This document shows, in pieces, positions 12,903 to 27,303 of a stretch of 64,000 nt of DNA. The first letter of the stretch is position 1, and each line of letters starts with the position of its first letter. The stretch covers positions 26,040,001-26,104,000 of the forward strand of contig OZ024760.1 in assembly GCA_964016885.1 (NCBI GenBank). Direction: 5' to 3'. A model generated the notes under the pieces. That model had not been told where the DNA came from and ran no database searches. It saw only the letters and a program-made list of their open reading frames with translations. The stretch comes from Eledone cirrhosa (taxonomy: Eukaryota). The position numbers and the translations under genes were made by a program.

Positions 12903-12967
12903 TATTTCATTATACATATTTCAAGGACACCAAGTTAAATTATGGTGTGCTTTCATCAGATAAAATA
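12903..12967 (-). ncRNA. Type I hammerhead ribozyme, family A
   Basis: CUGAUGA-AAGCACACCA..UGGUGUCCUU-GAAA-UAUGUA-UA^; stem I UAUUUUAU/AUGAAAUA. Confidence 0.82.
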
Positions 12968-13104
12968 TAATATAGAGCAGTTTTATAAATAAATATTGAC
13001 ATACCCTTAAAGAATGCGACCATTACTGTTGGAAGCTACCGGATAGTAATGGTTGCATTCTTTAAGGGTATGTCAATATTTATTTATAAAACTGCTCTAT
13101 ATTA

Positions 13105-13169
13105 TATTTTATCTGATGAAAGCACACCATAATTTAACTTGGTGTCCTTGAAATATGTATAATGAAATA
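13105..13169 (+). ncRNA. Type I hammerhead ribozyme, family A
   Basis: CTGATGA at 13113, GAAA at 13150, predicted cleavage after 13161. Confidence 0.82.
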
Positions 13170-13296
13170 AATATGGTTTTATAAATATAGTTTCCATTTG
13201 TTAATATCGTATTTTTACTCCAATTATTTGTTGAGTGCTTTATATCAGTTATAAAAATATTTGCTTGTTGTATCCCAACAATTTAAATAGAACTTT

Positions 13297-13339
<43 letters not shown>

Positions 13340-13821
13340 AGGGTGTGTAACGTGAAGTTACTGTAGATTCACCCAGGTGAGCACTCGATGTTTAAGTTCT
13401 CATCAGTTGCAAGGTGTAGAGCTAGACAAAGTGTAATATTATAATAATAATTAAATTATTGTGTAAAGTGCTCAGGTGCACTACAACTCATCAAAGGTGC
13501 ATGTATAGTACATAGAATAATATACAAATGTCAGGGGGATGATTTGTTATGCCTTTATTACATTTATTGGTTGGTGATGCGCGTTTCGCTATTGATCAGC
13601 TCAAAGGTCGATCGGTATCGATCTGGCACGACTCTGGAATCAAAAGCCCATCGGACCTCTCCTGTGTTAATGACCATTATATATATATATATAACTTTGA
13701 TAGGTTTTGGCCCATATTGGTTCAAGCCATGTCTAACTTAATAGCACCACCTGGAAATATATATATATATATATATATATACGATATTAACAAATGGAAA
13801 CTATATTTATAAAACCATATC

Positions 13822-13886
13822 TATTTTATTATACATATTTCAAGGATACCATGTTAAATTATGGTATGCTTTCATCAGACAAAATA
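13822..13886 (-). ncRNA. Type I hammerhead ribozyme, family A
   Basis: Intact core; stem I UAUUUUGU/AUAAAAUA. Confidence 0.82.
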
Positions 13887-13940
13887 CAATATATACCAGT
13901 TTTATAAATAAACATTGATGTTCCCTTTCAACGTATATAT

Positions 13941-14005
13941 TGTTTTGTCTGATGAAAGCATACCATAATTTAACATGGTATCCTTGAAATATGTATAATA
14001 AAATA
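13941..14005 (+). ncRNA. Type I hammerhead ribozyme, family A
   Basis: CTGATGA at 13949; mirror of 13822-13886. Confidence 0.82.
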
Positions 14006-14839
14006 GATATGGTTTTATAAATATAGTTTCCATTTGTTAATATCGTATATTTACTCCAAATACTTGTCGAGTGCTTTATATCAGTTATAAAAATATTTGC
14101 TTGTTGTATCCCAACAATTTAAATAGAACTTTTGCATATATATATATATATATATATATCGTTTCTGAATTTGTTTAGCAAGATTCTTTATCTGAAAACG
14201 TGTGTTGAAACCGATATTGTTATACTTTGGGAGGGTCATGTTGCCAATAAGAAACACATGCACCAGTTGCTTTCACTAAAATTAATTATAAATTAAATTT
14301 AAGAATCTATAAATTTGTGGTTGGTTGGTTGGTTCCATAACCGGACGGTTGTTCATATAGTGTCAAAGTTCTTTCGTCACAAATTCTGTGACCTCTTCAG
14401 TGACTGAAGATTCTTTTCTTTGTTTTTGTGCCTCTCCTTTGTTCTGTCCTACGCCATTTTGTTTTTGTGTGTATTGTGTGCTTAGTTTGCGCATGTGTTA
14501 CATCCGGGTGTCTGTGTGTGTTTATATTTGTTCATTTATTTGTTTATTTACATGTTACTGGTTGGTTGTTTGTTCTATGTGCGTGTGTGTTTTCATTTTG
14601 TCCTTAATTGTAAGTTGTGATGTTGCTATTCCATTCATGTTTTCTATTTAATTTTGGTTGGAGTTCATTTATGTTTATTGCCTCTGTGATTTGTCTAACA
14701 TTGCGTCTTTTCTGTGTGTAGATTATATTTTTATTTCTATGTTCTCTAATTTGCCCTTATGTTCTATTTTTTTTTTTTTTTTTTATTCTTTTTATTTTAG
14801 CATGTTGGTGGAGTATTGATGATATATATATATATATAT

Positions 14840-17363
<2,524 letters not shown>

Positions 17364-17399
17364 TTTGCCAATGAACTTTCCTATATTTTCTAAGCATAT

Positions 17400-17930
17400 G
17401 ATGCCTCTTGATTTGAACTCCTGAATCAAAGTACCCTACAGGAGGTAATTTTTTCCCTTAATTTGAACCCCATGACACAAAACTCTATAAACTAGCCAAT
17501 AACCTCATGTAACTTGAAGTCCTTATACAAAACCCCTAAACCAAAATGAACTCCTGATACAAACCTCTAAGCCAGCTAGTTTTCTTTCATAATTTCAGCC
17601 TCCTATACAAGCCCCTAAACCTGCCAAAATTCTCCTGCAGCAAGCCACTAAATTACTCGGTGTTTTTCCATAATTTGAACTCCATTAGCCATGCCTAAAC
17701 TTACCAATTTCCTTCTATAATTCTCCCATAACTTGAACTCCCTATACCTACTTCTAAACCAGTGTGTTTCCTCCTGCAAGCTTGTACTCCTTACACAAAA
17801 CCCCTAAACCAGCCAATTATGTCAGGCAAGCTTGAACTCCTCTTGCTAAGCCAGTAAACTACTCAGTTTTCGTCCATAAGTGCTGTTGAAAAGCCACTAA
17901 ACCCACTAACTTTCTAACATAACTGTAATC
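17400..17930. repeat. Degenerate tandem repeat of about 55-60 bp
   Basis: Recurrent ttgaactcc...ccctaaaccagccaat. Confidence 0.6.
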
Positions 17931-18075
17931 CCGGTTGTTACACTCCCAAACTAACCATATTGATTTTTTTTTTTTTTTTTTTTGCCACCACCCAGCCTCC
18001 ACAATAACAACAACAACAAATATATATTTTTCTCAAATATACATTTTCTGCAAATATATATTTTACTCCAGTATA

Positions 18076-18118
<43 letters not shown>

Positions 18119-18231
18119 GTTTTTGTTTATTTATTTATTTTCGACTTGGTTTTATAAATATATATATATATGTGTTGAAGATTTCTTTTTTTTCTTTTAT
18201 AATGTGAAAAAATAGTGTGTGTGTGTGTGTG

Positions 18232-18293
<62 letters not shown>

Positions 18294-18334
18294 TATACAA
18301 CATAAATAAGTCAAATTTTGTTTAAAACATTTAA

Positions 18335-18384
18335 TAGCCTACGATCGTTTCATCCAGATATAGGCCTGGAATAATCAGAGCGTA
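18335..18384 (-). ncRNA. Degenerate hammerhead motif (core CUGAUUA)
   Basis: CUGAUUA-UUCCAG..CUGGAU-GAAA-CGAUCG-UA^GGC, with a palindromic stem III. Confidence 0.5.
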
Positions 18385-18569
18385 TAAAGGTTAAAACAAA
18401 TATATTCCTTGTTTTAAACACAATTTGATTGTTATTTGTGTTGTATTTCTGCTCTGTATTATACTTGATATTTTACATTGTGCTACTTTTCTTACTGGTA
18501 ATCGGGTAACATACAGTATTACCCTTATCTTATTTATATTATTATATATAAATATGGTTATTATATATA

Positions 18570-18835
18570 TCTATCTAGGGTGGGTAAAATTCCCGAGATC
18601 CATGGACGAGTTCTCTTCAGCGGTCTCTGTCCCTCATTATCGCTGCCATGTCCTGCATCTCCAACAGGCCAGTGTCTATCCTCAGGGCATCAACATACGT
18701 TAACCTTGGTCTTTCTCTTCCAGTGTGTCCATGTAGCGGCTCCCACAGGAGCACTGAGTGCAATGTCAACTCTGGATGTCGATGAGCATGTCCAGCTAAC
18801 CTCAGTCTCCTCTGTGTCACTTTTGAGCTGACTAT
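18570..18835 (-). mobile_element. RTE-like LINE 3' end
   Basis: Near-identical to 10667-10925. Confidence 0.85.
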
Positions 18836-19412
18836 AGGCATATATAATAATAATGCTGATGAGTATAACCAAAGTTGCAGCTGCACAATAGCAGATGAAC
18901 ACTCAAAATATGAGAGGCAGTCACAAAGCACTCAGCGAGTAAGTAATTACTAGATTTCTCCTCAGTGAACACAAAAGGTTAAGGAATAGTGACACCTTGA
19001 ATTATGTGACCAGAGGCATGTGACCTCACTGCAAAATTTATTGCTACAGTCGAATGACAGTGATGTCTGAGAACCCGAAGAAAGTGGATACTTAGAACGT
19101 AAAACTTGTTGACAAAGCGATATCCCTGTTCCATCATAGGATGCATTACTGACTTATAGACATCACGCAACTTGGAATGTATCTCTTTGGGTTCCCAGAA
19201 ACCTATTAAAGATATTTATCCATTCAAAGTTATCGAGAAGGTCCAGGTTTGTTTTTTGACCAGTTTATATATATCGTTGTTGTTGTATTACTGTGGTCAC
19301 ACACATATATATAATATATATACACATAATATATATACATCAGACCCATGCAAGCGTGGAATATGGACGTTAAACGATGATGATGATGATATATATATAT
19401 ATATATAAAGGT

Positions 19413-19446
<34 letters not shown>

Positions 19447-19589
19447 TTTAAAGGTTAAACAAGGTTCACTGAATAAATCAAAGAATAAAGTTTTACAATA
19501 GATTAGAAGCACTCCACAGCAATTTTTTTCTGGAGTTATTAATATTAATTCAAAATATTAACAAAAATAGACATTCGTATGATCAAGTA

Positions 19590-19656
19590 TATTTTATTAT
19601 ACATATTTCAGAGGTACTGAGCTATCTTCAACAGTACGTCCTCATCAGATAAAATA
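19590..19656 (-). ncRNA. Type I hammerhead ribozyme, family D
   Basis: UAUUUUAU-CUGAUGA-GGACGUACUG..CAGUACCUCU-GAAA-UAUGUA-UA^AUAAAAUA. Confidence 0.8.
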
Positions 19657-20752
19657 AGATGATGCATGACATACCCTGACTAAGTAGATGGTTAAAATTC
19701 AGTCATGGCAGTAAATAAGATATGACAAAACTCAATATTTATATACCTTAAGATTGAGACATGAAAAAATTACATATAATACAGAGGGTGCGTGCGAGAA
19801 AGTTTATAAAAATACATAATTGTTTCTACTTTAGGCACAAGGCCAGCAACTACCCAGTGCCTCACTGGTACTTTATTTTATCGACCCCGTAAGGATGAAA
19901 GGCAAAGTCAACCTCGGCGGGATTTGAACTCAGATCGTAAAGGGGCGTAACTATGCTAGAAAGCATGGCGTCCGACCCTCTACCGATGCTACCAATCCAC
20001 AACCAGCTACTAATATAATAGAAATTTACATAACTGTTAGAGATTCAAATAATTTAAATTATTGAAGAAAGAAGAAAGACAGAGAGAGAAACAGATGAGG
20101 AAAAAGATAGTTACTAGAAGTATAGAAATATCTTATGCACAAAAGCAAAAGAAAGTTGATTAAGAATAGAGAGACAAGGAAGAATAATTTTTATAGTATA
20201 AAGCATAGGGAGGAAGATTTGTATTGTCGTGGATAAATAGCGTATAATTAGATGATGCAAAAATATATATATAAATAAATAAATAAATATACATTTGGGC
20301 ATAGCTTTGTGAATGAATAATTTCGAATCTTTGAATTATCTAGAAATAATCAATCAATCAAAATATCAAATATATCTGGATGTAGTTATATGAAGGTTTA
20401 ATTTTGAGTCCTTAAGTTAATTAGAAATAGACTATTAATCAATTATATATATCCAAACGTATTCGAATGGCCGTTAAATTTTGAATCATTTATGTTAGTT
20501 CAAAATAGAATTAATCTAAAAGTATAATCATCATCATCGTTTAACGTCCATTTTCCACGCTAGCATGGGTCTGTAATATATATATATATGATATATATAT
20601 GTAATATATATTAATATATATAATATATATAGTGGTAGAACACTGGAAGGTAATATCCGTAGTGGTAGAGCACTCAGTCCATGGTACGAGTTAGGTAGAA
20701 GTGGTTACACAACAGTTAGTATGGTTGTCCTTCCTGTTCTGTATAACCATGT

Positions 20753-20800
20753 CCATTACGAGCTGAGGATCCGCTTAGGTGAAACACTTGTTCTCGGTAT
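20753..20800 (+). ncRNA. Type I hammerhead ribozyme, separate family
   Basis: CGAG-CUGAGGA-UCC gcuua GGU-GAAA-CACUUG-UU^CUCG, inside a short inverted repeat at 20696-20830. Confidence 0.65.
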
Positions 20801-20949
20801 GGTGAACTAACTGTTGTGTAACCACTTCTATATATATATATTATATATAAATATATGTATATATATTACATATGTACACATATGTAATATATATACATAT
20901 ATATATACATATATATAATATATATATATATATTATATATACATATATA

Positions 20950-23300
20950 TAATACACACTGAGCATGGCCATTTCCCAGATGGGACCAGTGCCCTATTCT
21001 CCTTCCTACATATTAGGACTTTAGTCTTAGACAAGTTAACTTTAAGGCCTTTTGATTCTAGGCCATGCTTCCATGTTTGGAATTTCTTCACTAGCTCGGC
21101 CATTGATTCAGTTATGAGCGTTAGATCATTTGCGTATAGAAGTTCCCATGGGCAGCCGGTCTTGAACTCCTCCGTTATAGCTTGGAGGGTGATAATAAAT
21201 AGGAGGGGGCTAAGGACTGAGCCCTGATGAACACCAACTTTTACGCTAAACTCTTCATTATATTCGTTGTTAATTCTAACCTTGCTGACTGTTTCTTTAT
21301 ACATGGCTTGTATAGCTCTCAGAAGCCATTCATCTACACCTAGTTTTCTAAGAGCCCACCAAATAATGGAGCGGGGGACTCTGTCAAAGGCTTTCTCCAG
21401 GTCTACAAAAGCTGAGTAGAGGGGTTTACTTTTAGCTAGGTACTTCTCCTGTAGTTGTCGTACAATGAAAAGAGCGTCTGTGGTACTTTTACCCGACACA
21501 AACCCGAACTGCATTTCATCTAGATCAATTCGCTCTCTGATTAGTTGTGCTATTACTTTTTCTGTGACCTTCATGACCTGGTCAATTCATTTTATGCCTC
21601 TATAGTTTCCCCTATCTAGGGCATCTCCTTTACCCTTGTAGCAGTTAATGATGCTGCTGCTACACCAGTCCTTTAGTACCACCCCATTCTGTATAACATA
21701 GTTTACTATCTGGGTGACCATAGTGTGTCCCACCATTCCAGATGCTTTCAGCATTTCAGCAACTATTTCCGAAGGCCCAGCCACCTTGCCCGTCTTCATA
21801 TCTTTGATTGCTTTACTTATTATACTACCTTCAACTGCTGGTCCCTCTATTGGATCGATGTGGGGGAGACTGTCTTTCTCCCATTTATTCTCCTCATTTA
21901 GTAGCCTTTCATAGTGACACTTCCAAGCTACCTTCTTATCAGCGTCAGTGATGGCAAGTACACCATCATCATTACGAACACACTTCTCCCCGACAATATC
22001 ACGGTTCTCCTTGACACATTGCCTAGCAATCCTGAACACCTCACGTTTTTGGTCCTCGCGTTGTAGAACATGCTTGAACTTTCTTTCCTCTGCTTCCCTT
22101 CTTGCGAAGTACACTTGTCTCCTAGCTTCCCTCCTGGCCACTTGATAGTCTCCTTTACTTCCCCACATCCCGCCATACTTTCCAAGCCTGCTTTTTGACC
22201 TTGATCGACTCCTGCACCTTACTGTTCCACCACCAAGTTACTGTCCTCCTGCCTATAGGTCTGCTCCAGCCACAGATTTCATTGTCGCCTTCAGCAGGTT
22301 AGCTTTCAGGAATTCCCCTGTTCCTCTATATTCTACAACTCTAATTGCTCTTCCTTACTGTCAAAAGCATCAAGTAATATGCTTTTAAATTTATTACTGG
22401 TTGTGGCGTCCTTTAATTTCCATATTTTTCTCCTAAGGATAGTCCTCTTCTGTTGTCGAATACGTCTCGTCCTGACTATGAGGTCGCTAACTATGAGGTT
22501 ATGTTGGGAGGTGCATTCTTCATGGGGGAGGGATTTAGTGTTTACAACAGACACTCTGTCTCGTCTACTGGTAAGGATATAATCTATCTGACTGGCGTGT
22601 TCCCCTGATCTATAGGTGATCAAGTTATTGTCTCGTTTTTTTAAGTTTGTGTTACAGATAGTTAGATTATTTGCGTCACAGAATTCCAGGATTCTGGAGC
22701 CTTCCTCATTTCTAGTGCCAACCCATAGCCTCCGTGGATTCTGTCATAGCCGTCACAGTGTTGTCCAACGTGACCATTTAGGTCACCAGCAATAATGATA
22801 TAATCACTGTCGGTTATTTGGGAGGTAATGAGCATTAACGACTCATAGAATCTGTCTTTTATAATGCCAGGCAGTCTGGGTTGGGGTGCATACGCAGATA
22901 TTATTGTCACAGTAGTTCTATTGAGGACAAGTCATATTTTAATTATTCTGTCATTCATTCTATTTACGTCTATTATCTTATCTACCTATTTTTCTGCTAG
23001 CATGATTCCTACTCCACCCAGCCCATTGACATTTCCCACCCAGAAAAGCTTATAGCATCGTTTTTTACCCACAATGAATCTAGCAGACCCACCCCTCCAC
23101 CTGGTCTCTTGAATACAGCAAACATCAACCTCCTTACGTTCAAGCATCTCTACAACCTCATTAGAGCGACCTTTTAAGGATGCCTACATTCATGGTACCA
23201 ACTCTGAAGTTTTGGATTGCGTTTGGTGGATGGGAAGGATGGGGTGAGGGAGATGGGGCTATGTTAGCCATCCGCGGCCTAAATAAAGAGGAGGAGTCCT
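20950..23300 (-). mobile_element. Degenerate RTE-clade LINE (APE endonuclease + reverse transcriptase), frameshifted and 3'-truncated
   Basis: RVGTMNVG, SAYAPQ, AGDLNGHVG, SQIDYIL, FVDLEKAFDRVPR, GVHQGSVLSPLLF and LLYANDL motifs. Confidence 0.93.
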
Positions 23301-24503
23301 TGCATTCTCGTCCGGCAACATGAGGTGAATTTGTCTTTACCTTTGGCATTGTCACTGAGTGTCCAGATTTTTTCAGACTCTCCAGAATTCCGTAGTCCAT
23401 CCACCATATCGAAAGGCAACCAGGTCTAAACTTAAGTGATAACATAGGCCGCTGACTTATGATTGGTCCAAATAATAATGGTGGTGAGTGGGGCCGGGTT
23501 CTGTAGTAGTTAGCGAGACGGTTATAAAATAAAATCCACAAAATTTTGGCCATAATCAAACGAGCATATAACTGTAATAAGGGAAGAATTATGGGATTTT
23601 AAAATACAAGAAGATTATTTTGAACGATCAGACAGAATTATCGAATAGCATTGAAAAAGAAAAGGTTATATATAATATAATATATATAATATATAATATA
23701 ATATATATAATATATAATATATATATATAATATATATTTATTATATATATATATATAATATATATATATTATATTTACATATAATATATAATATATATAT
23801 ATATATAATATAATATATATATATAATATATATATATTATATTTATATATAATATATAATATAAATATCATCATCATCATTTTACGTCCGCTTTTCCCTG
23901 CTTGCATATATATAATGGTTTCTTATATAAGCACAAGGCCAGCAATTTTGTGGGGAGGGGAAAGTCGATTAAATCGACCCAGTGCATTACTGGTACTTTA
24001 TTTTATCAACCCTGAAAGGATGAAAGGCAAAGTTAACCTCGGTGGGATTTGAACTCAGATCATAAAGGGCCGTAACTCAATGCTGCAAAGCATGGCGTCC
24101 GACTGTCTACCGATACTGCCAATCCACCACCCTATATATATACATATATATAATACATGTATATATATTATATATATATTATATATATGTATATAATATA
24201 TATATAATATATATACATATACACATATATATATATAATACATATATATAATATATATATATATATATAATATATATATAATATATATACATATATATAT
24301 AATACATATATATAATATATATATAATACATATATATAATATATATAATATATATATAATACATATATATCATATATATACATATATATAATACATATAT
24401 ATAATATATATATATAATATATATACATATATATAATATATATATACATATATATAATATATATACATATATATAATATAATTATATATATGTATATATA
24501 TAA

Positions 24504-24848
24504 TGGAGGCACATGGCTTAGTGGTTTGAGCATTGGCCTTGCAATCGAAAGGTTGTGAGTTCAATTCTCAGACCGGGTGATGTGTTGTTTCCTTGAGCAA
24601 GGCACTTTATTTCACATTGCTCCAGTTTACTCAGCTGTAGAAATGAGATGATAGGGACTGGGGTCCATATCATTCCACTACAAAGTGGTCGTGGAGGTGC
24701 CATGGCAAAAAAGCACCCAGCACTCACTGTAAATGAGGTTGGTGTTAGGAAGGGCATCCAGCTGTAGAAATCAAGCCAGAGTCAGTTCCCGTCCTACCCT
24801 TGCAAGCAGGGAAACAGCGGACGTAAAATGAAATGATGATGATGATGA
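24504..24848 (+). mobile_element. tRNA-derived SINE family 2 (CORE-like domain, RTE-like tail with (GAT)n). Other copies at about 25545(-), 27705(-), 30541(-), 35610(-), 57020(-), 57452(+) and 58830(-).
   Basis: A box tggcttagtgg, B box gagttcaattc, ccttgagcaaggcact domain and aggaagggcatccagctgtagaaa tail. Confidence 0.85.
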
Positions 24849-26112
24849 TATTATATATATATAATATATATACATATATATAATATATATATATTATATA
24901 TATAATATATATACATATATATAATATATATACATATATATTATATATAATATATATACATAAATATATATATAATATATACATATATATAATATATAAT
25001 ACATATATATAATATATATACATGATGGACGTTAAACAATGATGAGGGGGAAGAGGAGGGGGATTAATAAGCTCTAGCATCACTCCTTCATAGTCAGCCT
25101 ATGACCAAGATACTCTCATGGAATGACCAGATGAGGTTCATTTTTCAACATTCGTCCCTGGAATGAAACAATGCAGTTATTAGTAAGAAGAGTTGTGATT
25201 AATGCATGCAAGATTTCACAGCTCTAGCGTTACTCATTCATATTAAGCCTATGAACTTTTCAGCCAACCCTCGTATTAGACTATTATCTATACCGGTGGA
25301 TTGGCAGTATCGGTAGAGGATCGGACGCCATGCTTTGACGCATAGAGTTACGGCCCTTGCCATTCTGAGTTCAAATCCCGCCGAGGTTAACTTTGCTTTT
25401 CATCCTTACGGGGTCGATAAAATAAAGTACCAGTAATGTACTGGGTAATTGCTGGCCTTGTGCCAATAGTAGAAACAGTTATCTATACTCACCTGTTCCA
25501 ACCACCCGACTGAGGCCAGGCCATGCTAGGGCAGTGGAAAAAAACATCATCATCACCGTTTTACATCCGTTCTTCCACACTAGCATGGAAGAACGGATTG
25601 TCCTGTTGTGGGCAGTGTCCGGTCGGCTGACCATGCCTTGCTCATACAGGGAACTGATTCTGGCTTGATTTCTACAGCTGGATGCCCTTCCTAACACCAA
25701 CCTCATTTACAGGGAGTGCTGGGTGCTTTTTTTCCGTGGCGCCTATATGTCCACTTTGCAGTGTGGGCTGGGTGCTTTTTTGCCGTGGCACCTCCACGAC
25801 CACTTTGCAGTAGAATGATATGGACCCCAGTCCCTATCATCTCATTTCTACAGCTGAGTAAACTGGAGCAATGTGAAATAAAGTGTCTTGCTCAAGGAAA
25901 CAACACATCACCCGGTCTGAGAATTGAACTCACAACCTTTCAATTGCAAGGCCAATGCTCTAACCACTAAGCCTTCACAAAGTTACTAATTCAAGCCAAT
26001 GTTCAAATCGCACCACATCATTAAGTACCAGTAATACACTAGGATAATTGCTGGCCATGTGCCAAAAGTAGTAACAATTATTTTAAAGATTTTGTTTAAA
26101 TTTTAACAAATG

Positions 26113-26118
26113 TTTATT
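26113..26118 (-). promoter_or_regulatory. Candidate polyadenylation signal AATAAA for the DUF885 gene
   Basis: AATAAA on the minus strand just after the stop codon; the AT-rich context lowers its specificity. Confidence 0.35.
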
Positions 26119-26134
26119 TCCAAAATTAATAACA

Positions 26135-26334
26135 TTAATAACTATAGTAAGAATATGTTAGTATTAAACTGGTTATAAACATTGAGGAAGGATTTCGGCT
26201 GAGAATGCTGGCCTTGTTCGTGTTAGATAATTTATCTTCTATCATGTCGTCTACCACATCCTCCAGAATGTCTAGAGATACTCGGCCACCCTCCAGGATT
26301 GCTGCATGGAAGTCCTTCAAGTCAAATGCATCTC
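26135..26334 (-). CDS. DUF885-family protein terminal exon (DAFDLKDFHAAILEGGRVSLDILEDVV...SMFITSLILTYSYYSY*)
   Basis: FD.K.FH..IL..G motif; ttatag acceptor in phase 1; TAA stop. Confidence 0.92.
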
Positions 26335-26510
26335 CTATAAATAAGCAAATACGGATATATATATATTAAAGAGTTAAACAAGATTCGATGAGTATATCAA
26401 AGAATGAGTTTTACAGTAGATTGGAAGCACTCTACGGTAAAAATAATTTTCCGGAGTTATTAATATTAAAATACCAATATTAATAAAATAGATGTTCTTT
26501 TGATCAATTA

Positions 26511-26565
26511 CATTTTATTATACATATTTCGGATGTACAACAGTACGTCCTCATCAGACAACATA
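26511..26565 (-). ncRNA. Type I hammerhead ribozyme, family D (sense to the DUF885 pre-mRNA)
   Basis: CUGAUGA-GGACGUAC uguu GUACAUCC-GAAA-UAUGUA-UA^AUAAAAUG. Confidence 0.8.
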
Positions 26566-26839
26566 TAATGATACATGACATACCCTGAGATGTTAAATGG
26601 TTAAGATTAAATCTTAACCATTTAACATCTCAGGGTATGTCATGTATCATTATATTTTTTGGCAGTATCGGTAGGGGGTCGGACGACATGCTTTGACGCA
26701 TAGAGTTACGGCCCTTGCCATTCTGAGTTCAAATCCTGCCGAGGTTAACTTTGCCTTTCATCCTTATGGGGTCGATAAAATAAAGTACCAGTAATACACT
26801 GGGTAATTGCTGGCCTTGTGCCAAAAGTAGAAACAATTA

Positions 26840-26894
26840 TATTTTGTCTGATGAGGACGTACTGTTGTACATCCAAAATATGTATAATAAAATG
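26840..26894 (+). ncRNA. Hammerhead, family D mirror copy with core mutation (GAAA to AAAA)
   Basis: Same as the reverse complement of 26511-26565 except CCAAAA instead of CCGAAA. Confidence 0.6.
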
Positions 26895-27262
26895 TAATTG
26901 ATCAAAAGAACATCTATTTTATTAATATTTGTATTTTAATATTATATATATATATATATATTTATATATGTGTGTGTATGTATATATGTGTATGTATATA
27001 TATATACATGTGTGTGTATGTATATATATATACATGTGTGTGTATGTATATATGTGTATGTATATATATATACATGTGTGTGTATGTATATATATATATA
27101 CATGTGTGTGTATGTATATATGTGTATGTATATATATATATATACATATGTGTGTATGTATATATATACATATGTGTGTATGTATGTATGTATACATATG
27201 TGTATGTATATATATATACATATGTGTATGTATATACATATGTGTATGTATATATATATTTG

Positions 27263-27303
<41 letters not shown>

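Larger units (their letters stand above)
11675..14137. mobile_element. Cluster of four (TA)n-separated fold-back cassettes of family A, probably Penelope-like element terminal repeats
   Basis: Inverted repeats at about 11675-12043, 12064-12606, 12862-13300 and 13781-14137, carrying hammerheads. Confidence 0.65.

Noticed and set aside
13340-13420. CTGATGA-containing segments at about 13407(-), 11327(-)/50780(+), 28073(+), 48692(-) and 53848(+) as further hammerheads
   Set aside because: I could not find a matching GAAA, stem III and NUH with stem I closure; at most truncated remnants.
18860-19270. Non-repetitive-looking stretch with cag...gtaagt as a possible final ACP6 exon, or ORF 18979-19170
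   Set aside because: No recognisable homology, poor pyrimidine tract, and partial resemblance to 43450-43520 suggests a decayed repeat.
24504-24580. tRNA genes
   Set aside because: The A/B boxes belong to SINE heads followed by SINE body and tail; no complete cloverleaf can be supported.
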